Made by a program: the position numbers and the translations under genes
DNA from: a virus
Length of the DNA stretch: 64,000 bases
Reading direction: 5' to 3' (one strand)
IMG/VR virus record: IMGVR_UViG_3300010149_005285
Location: 7,308 to 71,307 of that record
Notes under the pieces: model-generated
The model's database searches: none
Seen by the model: the letters and a program-made list of their open reading frames with translations, nothing else
Told to the model about the DNA's origin: nothing
Shown: positions 28,126-38,248 of the stretch, piece by piece
Layout: each line of letters begins with the position of its first letter
How positions within the stretch are numbered: position 1 is the first letter of the stretch

Positions 28126-30366
28126 TTGGCAATTAAAGCATTTAGTGGAGCAGTATCAACACAACCATTACCAGATTTTAATTTAAATAATATAGCTGAT
28201 GGTGATATATTAATCTATGACGTAACCAGTAAAGCGTTTATTAACAGTAATGGTAGTTTTGCAACCTTAGCAGAAGTTAATCAATTGATTGCTAACATTA
28301 ACAGTGGCGGCAATGTTGATTTAAGCCTATATCATACAATAGCAGATTTTAATACTTCAAAAACAGCAATTGATGCAGCAATAGCACTTAAAGCAGATAA
28401 GACCTATGTAGACGCTCAAATAGCGGGTATAAGCACAGGTAATGTTGATTTAAGCAATTATGTAACCACGACAGCATTAAACGGTGCATTAGCTAATTAT
28501 AGCACTAGTACAGAAACTACAGGCGAAATTAATACAGCCATTGCTAACGCTACATTCTTTGATGGCGACTATAACAATTTACATAATACACCTACTATTC
28601 CAAGTTTAACAGGTTATGCCACTCAGTTATGGGTTCAGCAACAAATTAATGCATTAGGCAATAGTGGAAATGTTGACTTATCAAATTATGTAACTACAAC
28701 AGCATTAAACACAGCATTAGCAAATTTAACTATACCAACTGATGTAAGTGACTTAACTGATACTACTAATTTATTAAGTGGTGCAGGTGGTGGTGGTATT
28801 AGTACAACACAACTAAATGCAGCCATTGCAGTTGAAGAAACTCGTGCATTAACAGCCGAAGCAAATTTACAATCACAAATTAATAATAAAGCAACAGTAG
28901 CATATGTTGATCAACAAATTGCTAACGTTGCAAGTGGAGGTAGTGTTGATTTAAGTAGCTATGTAACTGAAACAGAATTAGCAACAGAATTAGCAAATTA
29001 CCAACCAACAATAGATTTATCAAATTATTATACTAAAACACAAGTTGATGGATTAATTCCAACACCATTTAGTGGTGACTATAATGATTTAACAAATAAA
29101 CCAACTATACCTACAGCGTTTAGTGGTGACTATAATGATTTAACAAATAAACCAACTATACCAGATGTATCTACTTTTATTAGCGAAACAGAAATAGATA
29201 GCAAAATAGCAAGTGCAGTAACAGGCGGAACAGTGGATTTAAGTAACTATGTTACAGATACAGAACTTGCTACAGCAATTAGTAATGCAACACTAGGCGG
29301 CGGTGTAACTACAATAGGTGCATTAACTGATGTTGCAATAGATGGAACTGAAACAACTAACCATGTATTAATGTACAACGCAGTTAATAGTTTATGGGAA
29401 AATGTTGACCTAGATGAAACATTTGCAACAAAACAATATGTAACAGATGAGCTAGTGCAAGCAGTATCTAACGGTACAGTTGACTTAGCAGGCTATGCGT
29501 CAGAAGCATGGGTTACACAAAAATTAGTTGAACGTGGAGATCACTTCAGCGGTAATTATAACGATTTAACAAATACACCTGTATTATTTTCAGGTGATTA
29601 CACTGACTTACTTAATAAACCAGCATCAAATGCAGATTTAAGTTTACAACTTATAGGACAAGACCTACAACTTTTAAACATTGAACCTGATCCAGATACT
29701 GTTATTAGCACAGTAAGTTTATCTTCGTTAGGTGATGCAATTGCGTCAAACATAGATTACGCAGACTTGCAAAATTTACCTAACTTGTTTAGCGGTGATT
29801 ATAATGACTTAGTAAATAGACCGAATCTATTCTCAGGTAATTATAATGATTTAGCTAACAAACCTTATATACCTAGTATAGCAGGATTAGCTACTGAAAC
29901 TTATGTAAATGATAAATGGGCAGAACCAGAAATTACTGGTGACAGATTTTTTACGCATAATGTAAATCAAGTAGCAAAAGTATCTAATGTAGTAGCGGCA
30001 ACGGCAGAGAATTATGTTATGTCTATTATTACTACAGATGCTACACCAACAGAAGCTCTTTTAACTACCGGAAACAGAATTGTTATTGATGATAATAGTA
30101 CTGTTATGTACAAAGTACACATTGTAGGCAGTGATGGAACAGATCATTGCGGGTTTAAATTACAAGGAATTATTAATAAAACTAGTGGAACATTAGCATT
30201 AGTAGGTAGTCCAAGTAAAGAAACACTAGAAGATACTACACAAATATGGACAGGATCTGTTGAAGCAGATATTACAAATAGCAGTTTAAAGGTACTTGTT
30301 ACTGGAGATACTGCAAAAACTGTACAATGGACTATATTTGTTGAACAAAACGCAGTCAAAAGATAA
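28126..30366 (+). CDS. tail fiber / virion appendage protein
   Basis: Repeated VDLSNY and FSGDYNDL.N.P units; T/A/G-rich; TTG start. Confidence 0.75.
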   Translation: MAIKAFSGAVSTQPLPDFNLNNIADGDILIYDVTSKAFINSNGSFATLAEVNQLIANINSGGNVDLSLYHTIADFNTSKTAIDAAIALKADKTYVDAQIAGISTGNVDLSNYVTTTALNGALANYSTSTETTGEINTAIANATFFDGDYNNLHNTPTIPSLTGYATQLWVQQQINALGNSGNVDLSNYVTTTALNTALANLTIPTDVSDLTDTTNLLSGAGGGGISTTQLNAAIAVEETRALTAEANLQSQINNKATVAYVDQQIANVASGGSVDLSSYVTETELATELANYQPTIDLSNYYTKTQVDGLIPTPFSGDYNDLTNKPTIPTAFSGDYNDLTNKPTIPDVSTFISETEIDSKIASAVTGGTVDLSNYVTDTELATAISNATLGGGVTTIGALTDVAIDGTETTNHVLMYNAVNSLWENVDLDETFATKQYVTDELVQAVSNGTVDLAGYASEAWVTQKLVERGDHFSGNYNDLTNTPVLFSGDYTDLLNKPASNADLSLQLIGQDLQLLNIEPDPDTVISTVSLSSLGDAIASNIDYADLQNLPNLFSGDYNDLVNRPNLFSGNYNDLANKPYIPSIAGLATETYVNDKWAEPEITGDRFFTHNVNQVAKVSNVVAATAENYVMSIITTDATPTEALLTTGNRIVIDDNSTVMYKVHIVGSDGTDHCGFKLQGIINKTSGTLALVGSPSKETLEDTTQIWTGSVEADITNSSLKVLVTGDTAKTVQWTIFVEQNAVKR
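29068..29162 (+). repeat. 44-bp exact direct repeat (period 51) in the fiber gene
   Basis: TTTAGTGGTGACTATAATGATTTAACAAATAAACCAACTATACC at 29068 and 29119. Confidence 0.9.
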
Positions 30367-30437
30367 CTTTTTGATAAATAAGTATAGTAGCAAAAGCTAC
30401 AGAACATTAAATTGAACATTTTTTAGGAGAAAATAAA

Positions 30438-30743
30438 ATGGCAACAAGAAATCCAGCAAACGTAATTGAGTTTGGTAAAGTTAACTTCGGTGCTCCAATC
30501 TCAGTATTCGCAGTAGCAGGCGCAACAGGCGTTGACGCTAAAGTAGCTCCAGGTGAAGACCTAGAGAAAGCAATTGAAGCAGCATCTCAAAAAGGTACAG
30601 TAATTGGCCTAGGCGCTGAATCAGGTGGTGCATTTAACCTATACATGGAGAACTCTTCATGGACAGCAGCTGACTTAGAATCAGCAGTACAAGCTGCAGG
30701 TGGTGTATTTGCAGCAGCAACAGTAACAGACGGCGGACTATAA
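30438..30743 (+). CDS. small Ala/Gly-rich protein, probable abundant virion protein
   Basis: Late box 30375, AGGAG SD, own terminator. Confidence 0.7.
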   Translation: MATRNPANVIEFGKVNFGAPISVFAVAGATGVDAKVAPGEDLEKAIEAASQKGTVIGLGAESGGAFNLYMENSSWTAADLESAVQAAGGVFAAATVTDGGL

Positions 30744-30780
30744 GTCTTAAAGTTTTTTACTTAGCTTAGTAAAGAAATCC

Positions 30781-30820
30781 AAAAGCCCAGTATATTTAAT
30801 TATGTACTGGGCTTTTTTTT
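30781..30820 (+). terminator. intrinsic terminator
   Basis: AAAAGCCCAGTA..TACTGGGC followed by a T8 tract. Confidence 0.9.
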
Positions 30821-30874
30821 GGCGAAAAAAATCTATTTTAGCTAGAAAACAATTTTAAGATGATAAATAAATAT

Positions 30875-31020
30875 GTAACAAAGAGTTTTGTTACTTCATC
30901 GATGATGATTACACGTTTATAACTGAGCAGTTATATTATCTAAAGTGTAACTCATTTATTCCCTTTACATAAAAGTGTAATGAATGTTTTATTTTTCAAT
31001 TAGTTCACATAAGTGAACGA
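30875..31020 (+). ncRNA. putative multi-hairpin 5' leader
   Basis: Five consecutive inverted repeats between late box 30864 and the ferritin-like gene. Confidence 0.45.
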
Positions 31021-31043
31021 CAAGTCAATAGGAGAATATTACA

Positions 31044-31745
31044 ATGACTACAGGAAAACAATTCGTAGAACAACTACGTAAAGACAACGAAGCTCTTTTC
31101 ACAGCTTCAAAAATGAACGTTAAAGCATACTTCGAGTCAAAAGACAATTCAATGGAAGCTCTAGTTGAGCATTTCACTGGACGTATGGTTAACGAGAGAA
31201 TGAACATGGTTGAAATCTCTAAAAAAGTAGCTTCAATGCCAGCAGACGCTGATCCAATGGAACTACAAAATCTTTCAAAACAAGCTATGGACGAAGCAAT
31301 TCACTTCAGAATGGTTAAAGAGTGTATTGAAAAGATTACTGGTGAAGAATTAGACGTAGACGCAGCTATGGCAGCTGAAGCGGCTAAACCACAAGCTAAA
31401 GGTGCAGACCTTTTAGAAGCTTATGAAGCATCATCAGACGATGCGGCTCTAGCAGTATACCAAATGGTTGCTGAAGGTCGTGCAGCAGCAGTATGGTCAC
31501 AAATGGCTGAAACAATCGAAGATTCTTTCATTGCTAAATCATACGCTAAAATTGCGAAAGACGAAGGTTTCCACTCAACAATTGGTGAGATGAAACTAGA
31601 AGAAATCGCAACTGACGAAGCAACTCAAGCACGTGTATTAGACATCGTTAACGGTATGAGAAAAGACCTTTTCGAAGTTTCATGTGCAAACACAGTTGAA
31701 GCAGCTGGATCACGTGCTCTTGTAAACGAAGCATACGGTTGGTAA
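31044..31745 (+). CDS. ferritin-like diiron-carboxylate protein
   Basis: E..DEAIH and E..DEGFH paired ExxH motifs in a helical protein. Confidence 0.8.
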   Translation: MTTGKQFVEQLRKDNEALFTASKMNVKAYFESKDNSMEALVEHFTGRMVNERMNMVEISKKVASMPADADPMELQNLSKQAMDEAIHFRMVKECIEKITGEELDVDAAMAAEAAKPQAKGADLLEAYEASSDDAALAVYQMVAEGRAAAVWSQMAETIEDSFIAKSYAKIAKDEGFHSTIGEMKLEEIATDEATQARVLDIVNGMRKDLFEVSCANTVEAAGSRALVNEAYGW

Positions 31746-31756
31746 GCTAAATTGTA

Positions 31757-32311
31757 ATGAATATTGGGTTAACACAACGCATATTCAATCACAATAACTT
31801 TGTGTATGACTGTCTAGAACATGGTTGGCAACAACTACTAGGCGGTCATACGCTCACACCAATAGCTAATAACAAAGAACAAGACTTTGAGCAATTAGTT
31901 AAAAATCTAGACATTATAATTTTTACAGGTGGTGATGCAAGTCCACAAAGACTTGTCACTGAAATACGTTTACTCACAGAATGTTATAAACAAAACAAGC
32001 CTATGATAGGGGTTTGTCATGGCGCTTTTTTTATTAATCAAATGGAAGAAGGAGTAAACGAAGAATGTGAAGGTCATCATAATACCGAACATAATGTTAT
32101 AATGCACGATAAAATATACAAGGTAAATAGTTTCCATACAAACAAAATAACAAGTTTGGGTAAAGGTTACGACATTGTTGCTACAACTGAAGAAGGCGAC
32201 ATAGAAGCATTTAAACACAATACTAGAAATATATGGGGTATTGTGTGGCACCCAGAACGTATGGAAAAGACTGTTCTACCACAAGATGTAGAAAGACTTT
32301 TAAATGTTTAA
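31757..32311 (+). CDS. class I glutamine amidotransferase / peptidase C26-like
   Basis: FTGG, GVCHG, VNSFH, WHPE. Confidence 0.85.
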   Translation: MNIGLTQRIFNHNNFVYDCLEHGWQQLLGGHTLTPIANNKEQDFEQLVKNLDIIIFTGGDASPQRLVTEIRLLTECYKQNKPMIGVCHGAFFINQMEEGVNEECEGHHNTEHNVIMHDKIYKVNSFHTNKITSLGKGYDIVATTEEGDIEAFKHNTRNIWGIVWHPERMEKTVLPQDVERLLNV

Positions 32312-32447
32312 AAAAATATGGGAATGGATCAAAGCAGGTTATAAATGGTTAGTTAAACTAAATTATGATACTTGCGAGTATGGTGCACAATGGGATGCCG
32401 CTAATGAAAGATTCCAAAAGAAAAATAAAAATAAAAATAAACCTTAA
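32304..32447 (+). CDS. small hypothetical protein (47 aa)
   Basis: Fills the gap; MFKKIWEWIK.. Confidence 0.4.
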   Translation: MFKKIWEWIKAGYKWLVKLNYDTCEYGAQWDAANERFQKKNKNKNKP

Positions 32448-32459
32448 GGGAAAATAAAG

Positions 32460-33512
32460 ATGATCAAAAAATTATTAATAGCAATAGCACTAACTATGTC
32501 AACAACATTTGCATATGCAGATGTAACTTTAGTAGTGCCGCAAAAAGTAGGAGCAGGCACAAGTGTATGGGCACAAATTGTGGCAATTGAGTTAGAAAAA
32601 TTCTTGCCAGGAGAACGTGTTATAGTTAAACATATACCAGGAGCAAAAGGATTACCTGGCTTTAATAAATTCCATAATGAATTACAAAACGATGATGAGG
32701 TACTAATGGTATCAAATGGATCTAATGCAGTTAGTTTCTTAACTGAGCAAGTTGATTATAACTATGCTGAGTACGATAGTATTGGACTTATGAATTTAAA
32801 TATTATTACAGGACGTCTAATAGGTGCAGATATGAATGCAATAAAGTTTCACAGTTACGGTGGACGCCAACCAGAAGTTATGGCAATGTCTATGTTAGTT
32901 TGTGGACCTAGTATTGATCCTGTTAAATGCTTTGAAGAAAATATAGAATGGCTTCCAGGTTTTAGTCAAGGAGAAGGTAGACTAGCATTTAAACGTGGTG
33001 AACTAAATGTAACACGTGAGAATCCAGCCGCTTTTATTAAACACATTCAACCTTTTGTTGATAATGGACAAGCAGAAGTATGGTTCACACATGGAATATT
33101 ACAAGCTGATGGTTCACATGCAGATGATCCTAATTATCCAGGAATGCAATTTGAAATACTTTATAAAGAAGTATGGGGTGTAGAACCTAGTGGAAACTTT
33201 TATGATGCTTATAAATTAGCAAAAAGTTTTAGAGATGGGCTACAAAAAGCAATTTGGATCCGTAAAGATAATCCAAACCGAGATAGAATTATAACGGCTA
33301 TGACTAAAATGGCAAATAACCCAGAATCAGTAGCTAACATAAAAGCAAAAGTTGGTAATTATGAATGGTTAATTGGTATAGACGGTGATGCTCATAGAGA
33401 TACATTAATGACATTTATTACTGAAGATGCTCTTAAAACATTGGTTAACTTTACAGCCGAATCACTTAAACTAGAAGCAGAATATAAGCCTAATCTTGTA
33501 AGCAAACAATAG
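32460..33512 (+). CDS. TctC/Bug-like periplasmic substrate-binding protein
   Basis: Signal peptide AYA-D, TLVVPQKVGAGTSVWA, VKHIPGA, A.KRGE. Confidence 0.75.
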   Translation: MIKKLLIAIALTMSTTFAYADVTLVVPQKVGAGTSVWAQIVAIELEKFLPGERVIVKHIPGAKGLPGFNKFHNELQNDDEVLMVSNGSNAVSFLTEQVDYNYAEYDSIGLMNLNIITGRLIGADMNAIKFHSYGGRQPEVMAMSMLVCGPSIDPVKCFEENIEWLPGFSQGEGRLAFKRGELNVTRENPAAFIKHIQPFVDNGQAEVWFTHGILQADGSHADDPNYPGMQFEILYKEVWGVEPSGNFYDAYKLAKSFRDGLQKAIWIRKDNPNRDRIITAMTKMANNPESVANIKAKVGNYEWLIGIDGDAHRDTLMTFITEDALKTLVNFTAESLKLEAEYKPNLVSKQ

Positions 33513-33554
33513 CTCCTTAGATAAATACTATTAGTTTACACAAGGAGACTAATA

Positions 33555-33917
33555 ATGCCAAATAATACAGATTTAAATAATGACGGTAAAATATCATGGA
33601 TGGAAGCATTTCCATACTGGTTTGATAGATTACGTTTATTTCCCAGAGCATTTATCAGTATGTATATTTACTTACTATACCAAGTAACAGAATGGTTTAT
33701 GAAGCTACCAGACCCAAATATGGCACAAGCAGGCTTAGTTAGTGTTGTGGTAGGAGCAGGTGCAGCATGGTTTGGACTTTATGTAAATAGCACCAGTGAA
33801 AACAGTGGTAAAATTGTAGTACAAACTGACACTTCAGCTACTGGAACACGTGGTAGTTATAGTGGAGCAGCAAGCAACAGAGCAGACTATAAAGAACCGA
33901 TAAAGTCAAGATATTAA
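33555..33917 (+). CDS. two-TM membrane protein
   Basis: RLFPR..WFM.LPDP..QAGLVSVVVGAGAAWFGLY. Confidence 0.7.
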   Translation: MPNNTDLNNDGKISWMEAFPYWFDRLRLFPRAFISMYIYLLYQVTEWFMKLPDPNMAQAGLVSVVVGAGAAWFGLYVNSTSENSGKIVVQTDTSATGTRGSYSGAASNRADYKEPIKSRY

Positions 33918-33927
33918 GGAAATACAC

Positions 33928-34479
33928 ATGTATCAGCATCATATAATATTAAAAACACAACACCAATTAGATTCGGAAACAGCAAAAGACTGGTTAGGTA
34001 TTTGCAAACGTTTTTCACCTGATGGCGTTGTTTTTTCATATCAACATGGTGATCATGAAGTAGCTATGGAATACGGTGTAAGCGATGGTGATGATTTACC
34101 ACATGCTTACACTATACCATTAACTAGAGATCTTACCGCAGATGAAGCAGCAATAGTTGTTGCGGCATGGGATTATAAATTTATTCCAGACTTTAATATT
34201 GAAATATCAAATATGTATGATGTAATGCAAGATGTAGAACTTGATATTGATCCGGAAGTAGTAGAAAGTGCTACACTAGATTTAAACAAATGGCATCATA
34301 ATAGATGGCGTGATGAAATGATAAAAGAAGGTTGGCACTACGGTTTATACTTTAGTGAAGCAAACAAATCACATCCAGCATTAAGAGATTGGGATAGCTT
34401 ACCTGAGTCACACAGAAGAAGTCCTATATTTAAAGATACAGAAATTTTAGAATGGCTACGTAAAAACGGCGTCAGATAA
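33928..34479 (+). CDS. RyR-domain protein
   Basis: HNRW...GWHYG....K.HP.L..WDSLPE. Confidence 0.75.
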   Translation: MYQHHIILKTQHQLDSETAKDWLGICKRFSPDGVVFSYQHGDHEVAMEYGVSDGDDLPHAYTIPLTRDLTADEAAIVVAAWDYKFIPDFNIEISNMYDVMQDVELDIDPEVVESATLDLNKWHHNRWRDEMIKEGWHYGLYFSEANKSHPALRDWDSLPESHRRSPIFKDTEILEWLRKNGVR

Positions 34480-35390
34480 TGAACCTACAACACAATAGTT
34501 TTGTTGTGCTAACACACGATAACAAAATTAAATATTCAGAAACAGATTACTTAATTAAAAATAACCTTATAGGTTTTTTAACATGGCATTGCGAAGTTTT
34601 TGATCATACAACAAATATCAATTCACAAAATAAAAAAGTAGGATTTACAGCCTGCAGAAATAAGTCTAGGACTTGTGCTATAACAAATTGTACATGTCCT
34701 ACTGATATTGATTTGCCAAAAGCAAAATCAAAAGAAATACTAGAAAAATTTAGAAACATATTAGCTTCTGATTCTAATTTAGACATCAAAGGTTATAAAC
34801 CAGAAGATGGAGAAATAGTAGCATGTGGATTATATAAATTATTAATTAATGAATCGTTTGTAGTTGATTGGAACTTATTAAGAAGATGTAATTTTAGTTG
34901 TACATATTGTGCCCCTGATATACATGATCTAACAAGTGAATATCCTAGCATGGAACAACTTCAGCAAGAGTTTAATAATATAAAAGTTCCAGAAGGAAGA
35001 TCAGTACATTTTAATTTAAATGGCGGAGAACCAACAATACATCCGAACATACTTGATATAGTAAAAATGTGTCATAGTAGAGGCAGTGTTGAATTATTAT
35101 CAAATGGAACAGCTTCAGTTAAAAAATACAATGAATTACTAGACTATGCAAAGATTAACATAAGTTTACATCACGAACTTATAAATGAGAAACACATGAA
35201 AAAATTCGTAGAAATAGCAAAATTAAATAAAGGACAATTAATATTTAAATATTTTAACACATTTAACGAAGATAAATTTGCACATTACTTACACACTCTT
35301 AACACATATGAACATGTAAATATTATTACAAATAAGCGGTTAATATTACGTAGAACTGGAAATTCCAAAAACAGAATATTTCAGACTTAA
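34479..35390 (+). CDS. radical SAM protein
   Basis: CNFSCTYC, GGEPT, SNGT, ISLH; N-terminal Cys cluster C..CTCPTD. Confidence 0.85.
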   Translation: MNLQHNSFVVLTHDNKIKYSETDYLIKNNLIGFLTWHCEVFDHTTNINSQNKKVGFTACRNKSRTCAITNCTCPTDIDLPKAKSKEILEKFRNILASDSNLDIKGYKPEDGEIVACGLYKLLINESFVVDWNLLRRCNFSCTYCAPDIHDLTSEYPSMEQLQQEFNNIKVPEGRSVHFNLNGGEPTIHPNILDIVKMCHSRGSVELLSNGTASVKKYNELLDYAKINISLHHELINEKHMKKFVEIAKLNKGQLIFKYFNTFNEDKFAHYLHTLNTYEHVNIITNKRLILRRTGNSKNRIFQT

Positions 35391-35397
35391 ATACTGG

Positions 35398-35426
35398 TTG
35401 ACATTGCCATAAAAAGATGGTATAAT
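35398..35426 (+). promoter_or_regulatory. sigma70-type promoter
   Basis: TTGACA-17-TATAAT. Confidence 0.8.
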
Positions 35427-35454
35427 ATAGGCATGTTTATATATAGAGGTCCAT

Positions 35455-36483
35455 ATGTCATTAGGTAAGGTAGGTTTTGCATGCAAATTTTTGCATCATG
35501 ATCAAACACAAAAAAAGAAGTTACTAGAAGAAATCCAGCGGCCTCTAACAGAAAAATGTACAACAGTACGTTGGCTTAATAATCAAGATAAGAATGTAGC
35601 AGAACAAAGGTTGTGGGATATTATGGCTCACAATGCACAAGCAGTTTACAACCTTGTTGAATATGTAGGTAGCTTACCAGAACATCAACGTATGGTTCGT
35701 TTAGGTAGTAATCAACTTCCTTGCTATACACAAGAAGATTGGCGTTACTTTTGGAAACAACAAGACGTTATTGACTATGCGGCTAAATATTATGCAAGAG
35801 CAGGTGAACTTGCAAGGCAACTTGGTGTGCGTCTTAGTATGCATCCAGGTCAGTTTACAGTACTAGCAAGTGATACACCAGAAATAGTAGAACGTAGTAT
35901 AGAGGAGTTTGAATATCATGCGAATATCATCAGGTGGATGGGTTACGGTAAAAATTGGCAAGACTTCAAGTGTAACGTCCACATCTCAGGCAGACAAGGT
36001 CCAGCCGGTATCAAAGCCGTCCTTCCAAGACTGTCTACAGAAGCACGAAACTGTATTACTATCGAAAACGACGAAAACTCGTGGGGCTTAGATGCTTCAT
36101 TAGAACTGGAGAAGGAGGTAGCACTCGTTGTCGACATACACCACCACTGGGTTCATAGTGCCGGAGAATATATTACTCCAAGTGACGATCGCATCAAGCG
36201 GGTTATTGATAGCTGGCGTGGCGTTAGGCCTACTATGCATTATAGTGTTAGCCGTGAAGATCTACTCAAAGATCACCCGGTAGACATTAAACCAGATTAC
36301 AAACAATTACTTGAACAGGGTTATAAAAAAGCTAAACTAAGAGCACACAGTGATTTCATGTGGAACACAGCCGTCAATGAATGGGCAGGTACTTTCCGTA
36401 ATGATTTTGATATTATGGTAGAAGCAAAAATGAAGAACTTAGCAAGTATTCCATTTGAAGAGGCAACACATGAAAATAGTTAA
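35455..36483 (+). CDS. uvsE: UV damage endonuclease
   Basis: GFAC, RLSMHPGQF.VL.S, IEND, DIHHH, HYS, AHSD, DIMVEAK.K. Confidence 0.93.
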   Translation: MSLGKVGFACKFLHHDQTQKKKLLEEIQRPLTEKCTTVRWLNNQDKNVAEQRLWDIMAHNAQAVYNLVEYVGSLPEHQRMVRLGSNQLPCYTQEDWRYFWKQQDVIDYAAKYYARAGELARQLGVRLSMHPGQFTVLASDTPEIVERSIEEFEYHANIIRWMGYGKNWQDFKCNVHISGRQGPAGIKAVLPRLSTEARNCITIENDENSWGLDASLELEKEVALVVDIHHHWVHSAGEYITPSDDRIKRVIDSWRGVRPTMHYSVSREDLLKDHPVDIKPDYKQLLEQGYKKAKLRAHSDFMWNTAVNEWAGTFRNDFDIMVEAKMKNLASIPFEEATHENS

Positions 36484-36742
36484 TTTTTTTAAAGAAAGTT
36501 ATAAAAGAGATAGAACTGCATTCTATGCAGAAATATTAGAAACTACACTTCTTATAGCCGCTAGTGCTATACTTAGTTTTACTATATTAGATCCAGCAAC
36601 AGAAATATTTGTTCCACTATATTTACTAGGTAGTATATTAGCAGTATTCAGTACATATAGACGAGGTAGTAGTGCTATAGTGCTATGTTGTTGGTTTACA
36701 CTAATGAACAGTTGGGCTTTTATACAATTGTTTATATTGTAG
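36470..36742 (+). CDS. small membrane protein
   Basis: Three hydrophobic segments. Confidence 0.7.
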   Translation: MKIVNFFKESYKRDRTAFYAEILETTLLIAASAILSFTILDPATEIFVPLYLLGSILAVFSTYRRGSSAIVLCCWFTLMNSWAFIQLFIL

Positions 36743-36789
36743 TTTAACTTCTGTTATTTGATAAATATAAGTAACAGGAGATTTATAAA

Positions 36790-38247
36790 ATGAGAGTACA
36801 CAACTTATTTACAGAAACACAAGTAGAACAACCAGAACATGGTGACATTGTTGGATTTGAATTTGGTGATATATTAATTGAATCACGTGTTGTAGAACAT
36901 TTAGATGACGGTATTGTTGTTGAAATGGACGAAAAAGGACAACAATATCTAACAGAATTACTTCCATTAATACCAGCAGGAATATGGGCCGCAGGTGCCG
37001 CATGGACTGCTTATGATACATGGAAAGCAGGCAAGCAATATAAAAATGGTGAAATTACTAAAGCAGAACTAGCTACAAGAGTTGGTACTGATGTAGCACT
37101 AAGTATTGCAGGCGGTGCAGTTGCTAAAGGCGCTATTAAAGGTGCTAAGTTTATTTGGAAGGGCGGAAAAAAGATTTTTGCTAAAGGTGCAGACGATGCA
37201 GTTGATGCAGGATCAGATGCCGCTAAGTCAATAGCTAAAAAAGCTGATGCTCCTAAGCCAGATATTAGTTCTAAAGTTGCAAAAGATGCTCCAGTAAAAG
37301 TTAAAACTCCAGATGCACCTAAAACTCCAGATGCACCTAAAAAACCAAATTTAAAAGTTGTGGATCAACCAAAAATAGATCAACCACAAATTAAAGATCT
37401 AATGCCTACAAAAACTAAACCTACGTTTAAGTCTAAACCTAAACTAGCTACAGATAAAGGTAAAGTTGTAAAACCAAAAGATCCTTCAGCAACTAAAGCA
37501 CCAGTTATTGGTAAAATTGATGCACCCGATATGCCTAAAATACCATCGGCTCCAAAGATTGTAAAACCAAAAATTAATAAAGCACCAGCTAACGTGCCAC
37601 CACCTAAAGTTGTTAGCAAACCAAAAATTAATAAAGCACCACCTAAGAGTGTAAGCTCACCACCTAAAGTTGTTAGCAAACCAAAAATTAATAAAGCACC
37701 ACCTCAAGTTAAAGTGGCGCCACCAGTAAAAGCACCACCAGTAAAACCACCTAAGGTTACTAAAACACCACCGGTAAAAACAGCGCCAGTAAAACCACCT
37801 AAGGCTACTAAAACACCACCGGTAAAAACACCAGTGAAAAAAGCACCAGTGAAAAAGAGAAAAGGTTTTAAATTAAGAGGCCTTGGCGGATTAAGCGGTG
37901 ACAGTGGAAGATTTGATACTAACTTTACAGGACTGTTTAACAGTTATGTTCCAGGCGGGCTAGAAGAACTTACTGAAGCGGAATATCAAGGAAGAACAGT
38001 TAAACTTAATAAGCCAACAAGAGGCGATGTTAAGAAGTTTAAAGTATATGTCAAGGACCCTAAGACTGGAAACGTTAAGAAAGTAAACTTTGGCCACGGC
38101 GGAACAAGTGCTAAATCAAAAGGTGAAAAGACTATGAAGATTAAGAAGTCTAACCCAGAACGTAGAAAATCATTTAGAGCAAGACATAACTGTGATAATC
38201 CAGGACCAAAAACAAAAGCACGTTATTGGTCATGTAGAGCATGGTAA
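36790..38247 (+). CDS. modular Pro/Lys-rich protein with basic C-terminal domain (DUF6321-like)
   Basis: N-terminal domain, hydrophobic Ala/Gly segment, PK-rich repeats, AEYQGR..RRKSFRARHNC..KARYWSC. Confidence 0.75.
   Translation: MRVHNLFTETQVEQPEHGDIVGFEFGDILIESRVVEHLDDGIVVEMDEKGQQYLTELLPLIPAGIWAAGAAWTAYDTWKAGKQYKNGEITKAELATRVGTDVALSIAGGAVAKGAIKGAKFIWKGGKKIFAKGADDAVDAGSDAAKSIAKKADAPKPDISSKVAKDAPVKVKTPDAPKTPDAPKKPNLKVVDQPKIDQPQIKDLMPTKTKPTFKSKPKLATDKGKVVKPKDPSATKAPVIGKIDAPDMPKIPSAPKIVKPKINKAPANVPPPKVVSKPKINKAPPKSVSSPPKVVSKPKINKAPPQVKVAPPVKAPPVKPPKVTKTPPVKTAPVKPPKATKTPPVKTPVKKAPVKKRKGFKLRGLGGLSGDSGRFDTNFTGLFNSYVPGGLEELTEAEYQGRTVKLNKPTRGDVKKFKVYVKDPKTGNVKKVNFGHGGTSAKSKGEKTMKIKKSNPERRKSFRARHNCDNPGPKTKARYWSCRAW
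37563..37850 (+). repeat. coding tandem repeats (KPKINKAP x3, PPVK)
   Basis: AAACCAAAAATTAATAAAGCACCA occurs three times. Confidence 0.85.
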
Positions 38248-38248
38248 C

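Noticed and set aside
28126-30366. Diversity-generating retroelement target in the fiber gene
   Set aside because: The repeats are identical rather than adenine-variable, and no reverse transcriptase is present
30438-30743. RiPP precursor for the rSAM enzymes
   Set aside because: No leader/core pattern, not adjacent to an rSAM gene; looks like a monocistronic structural protein
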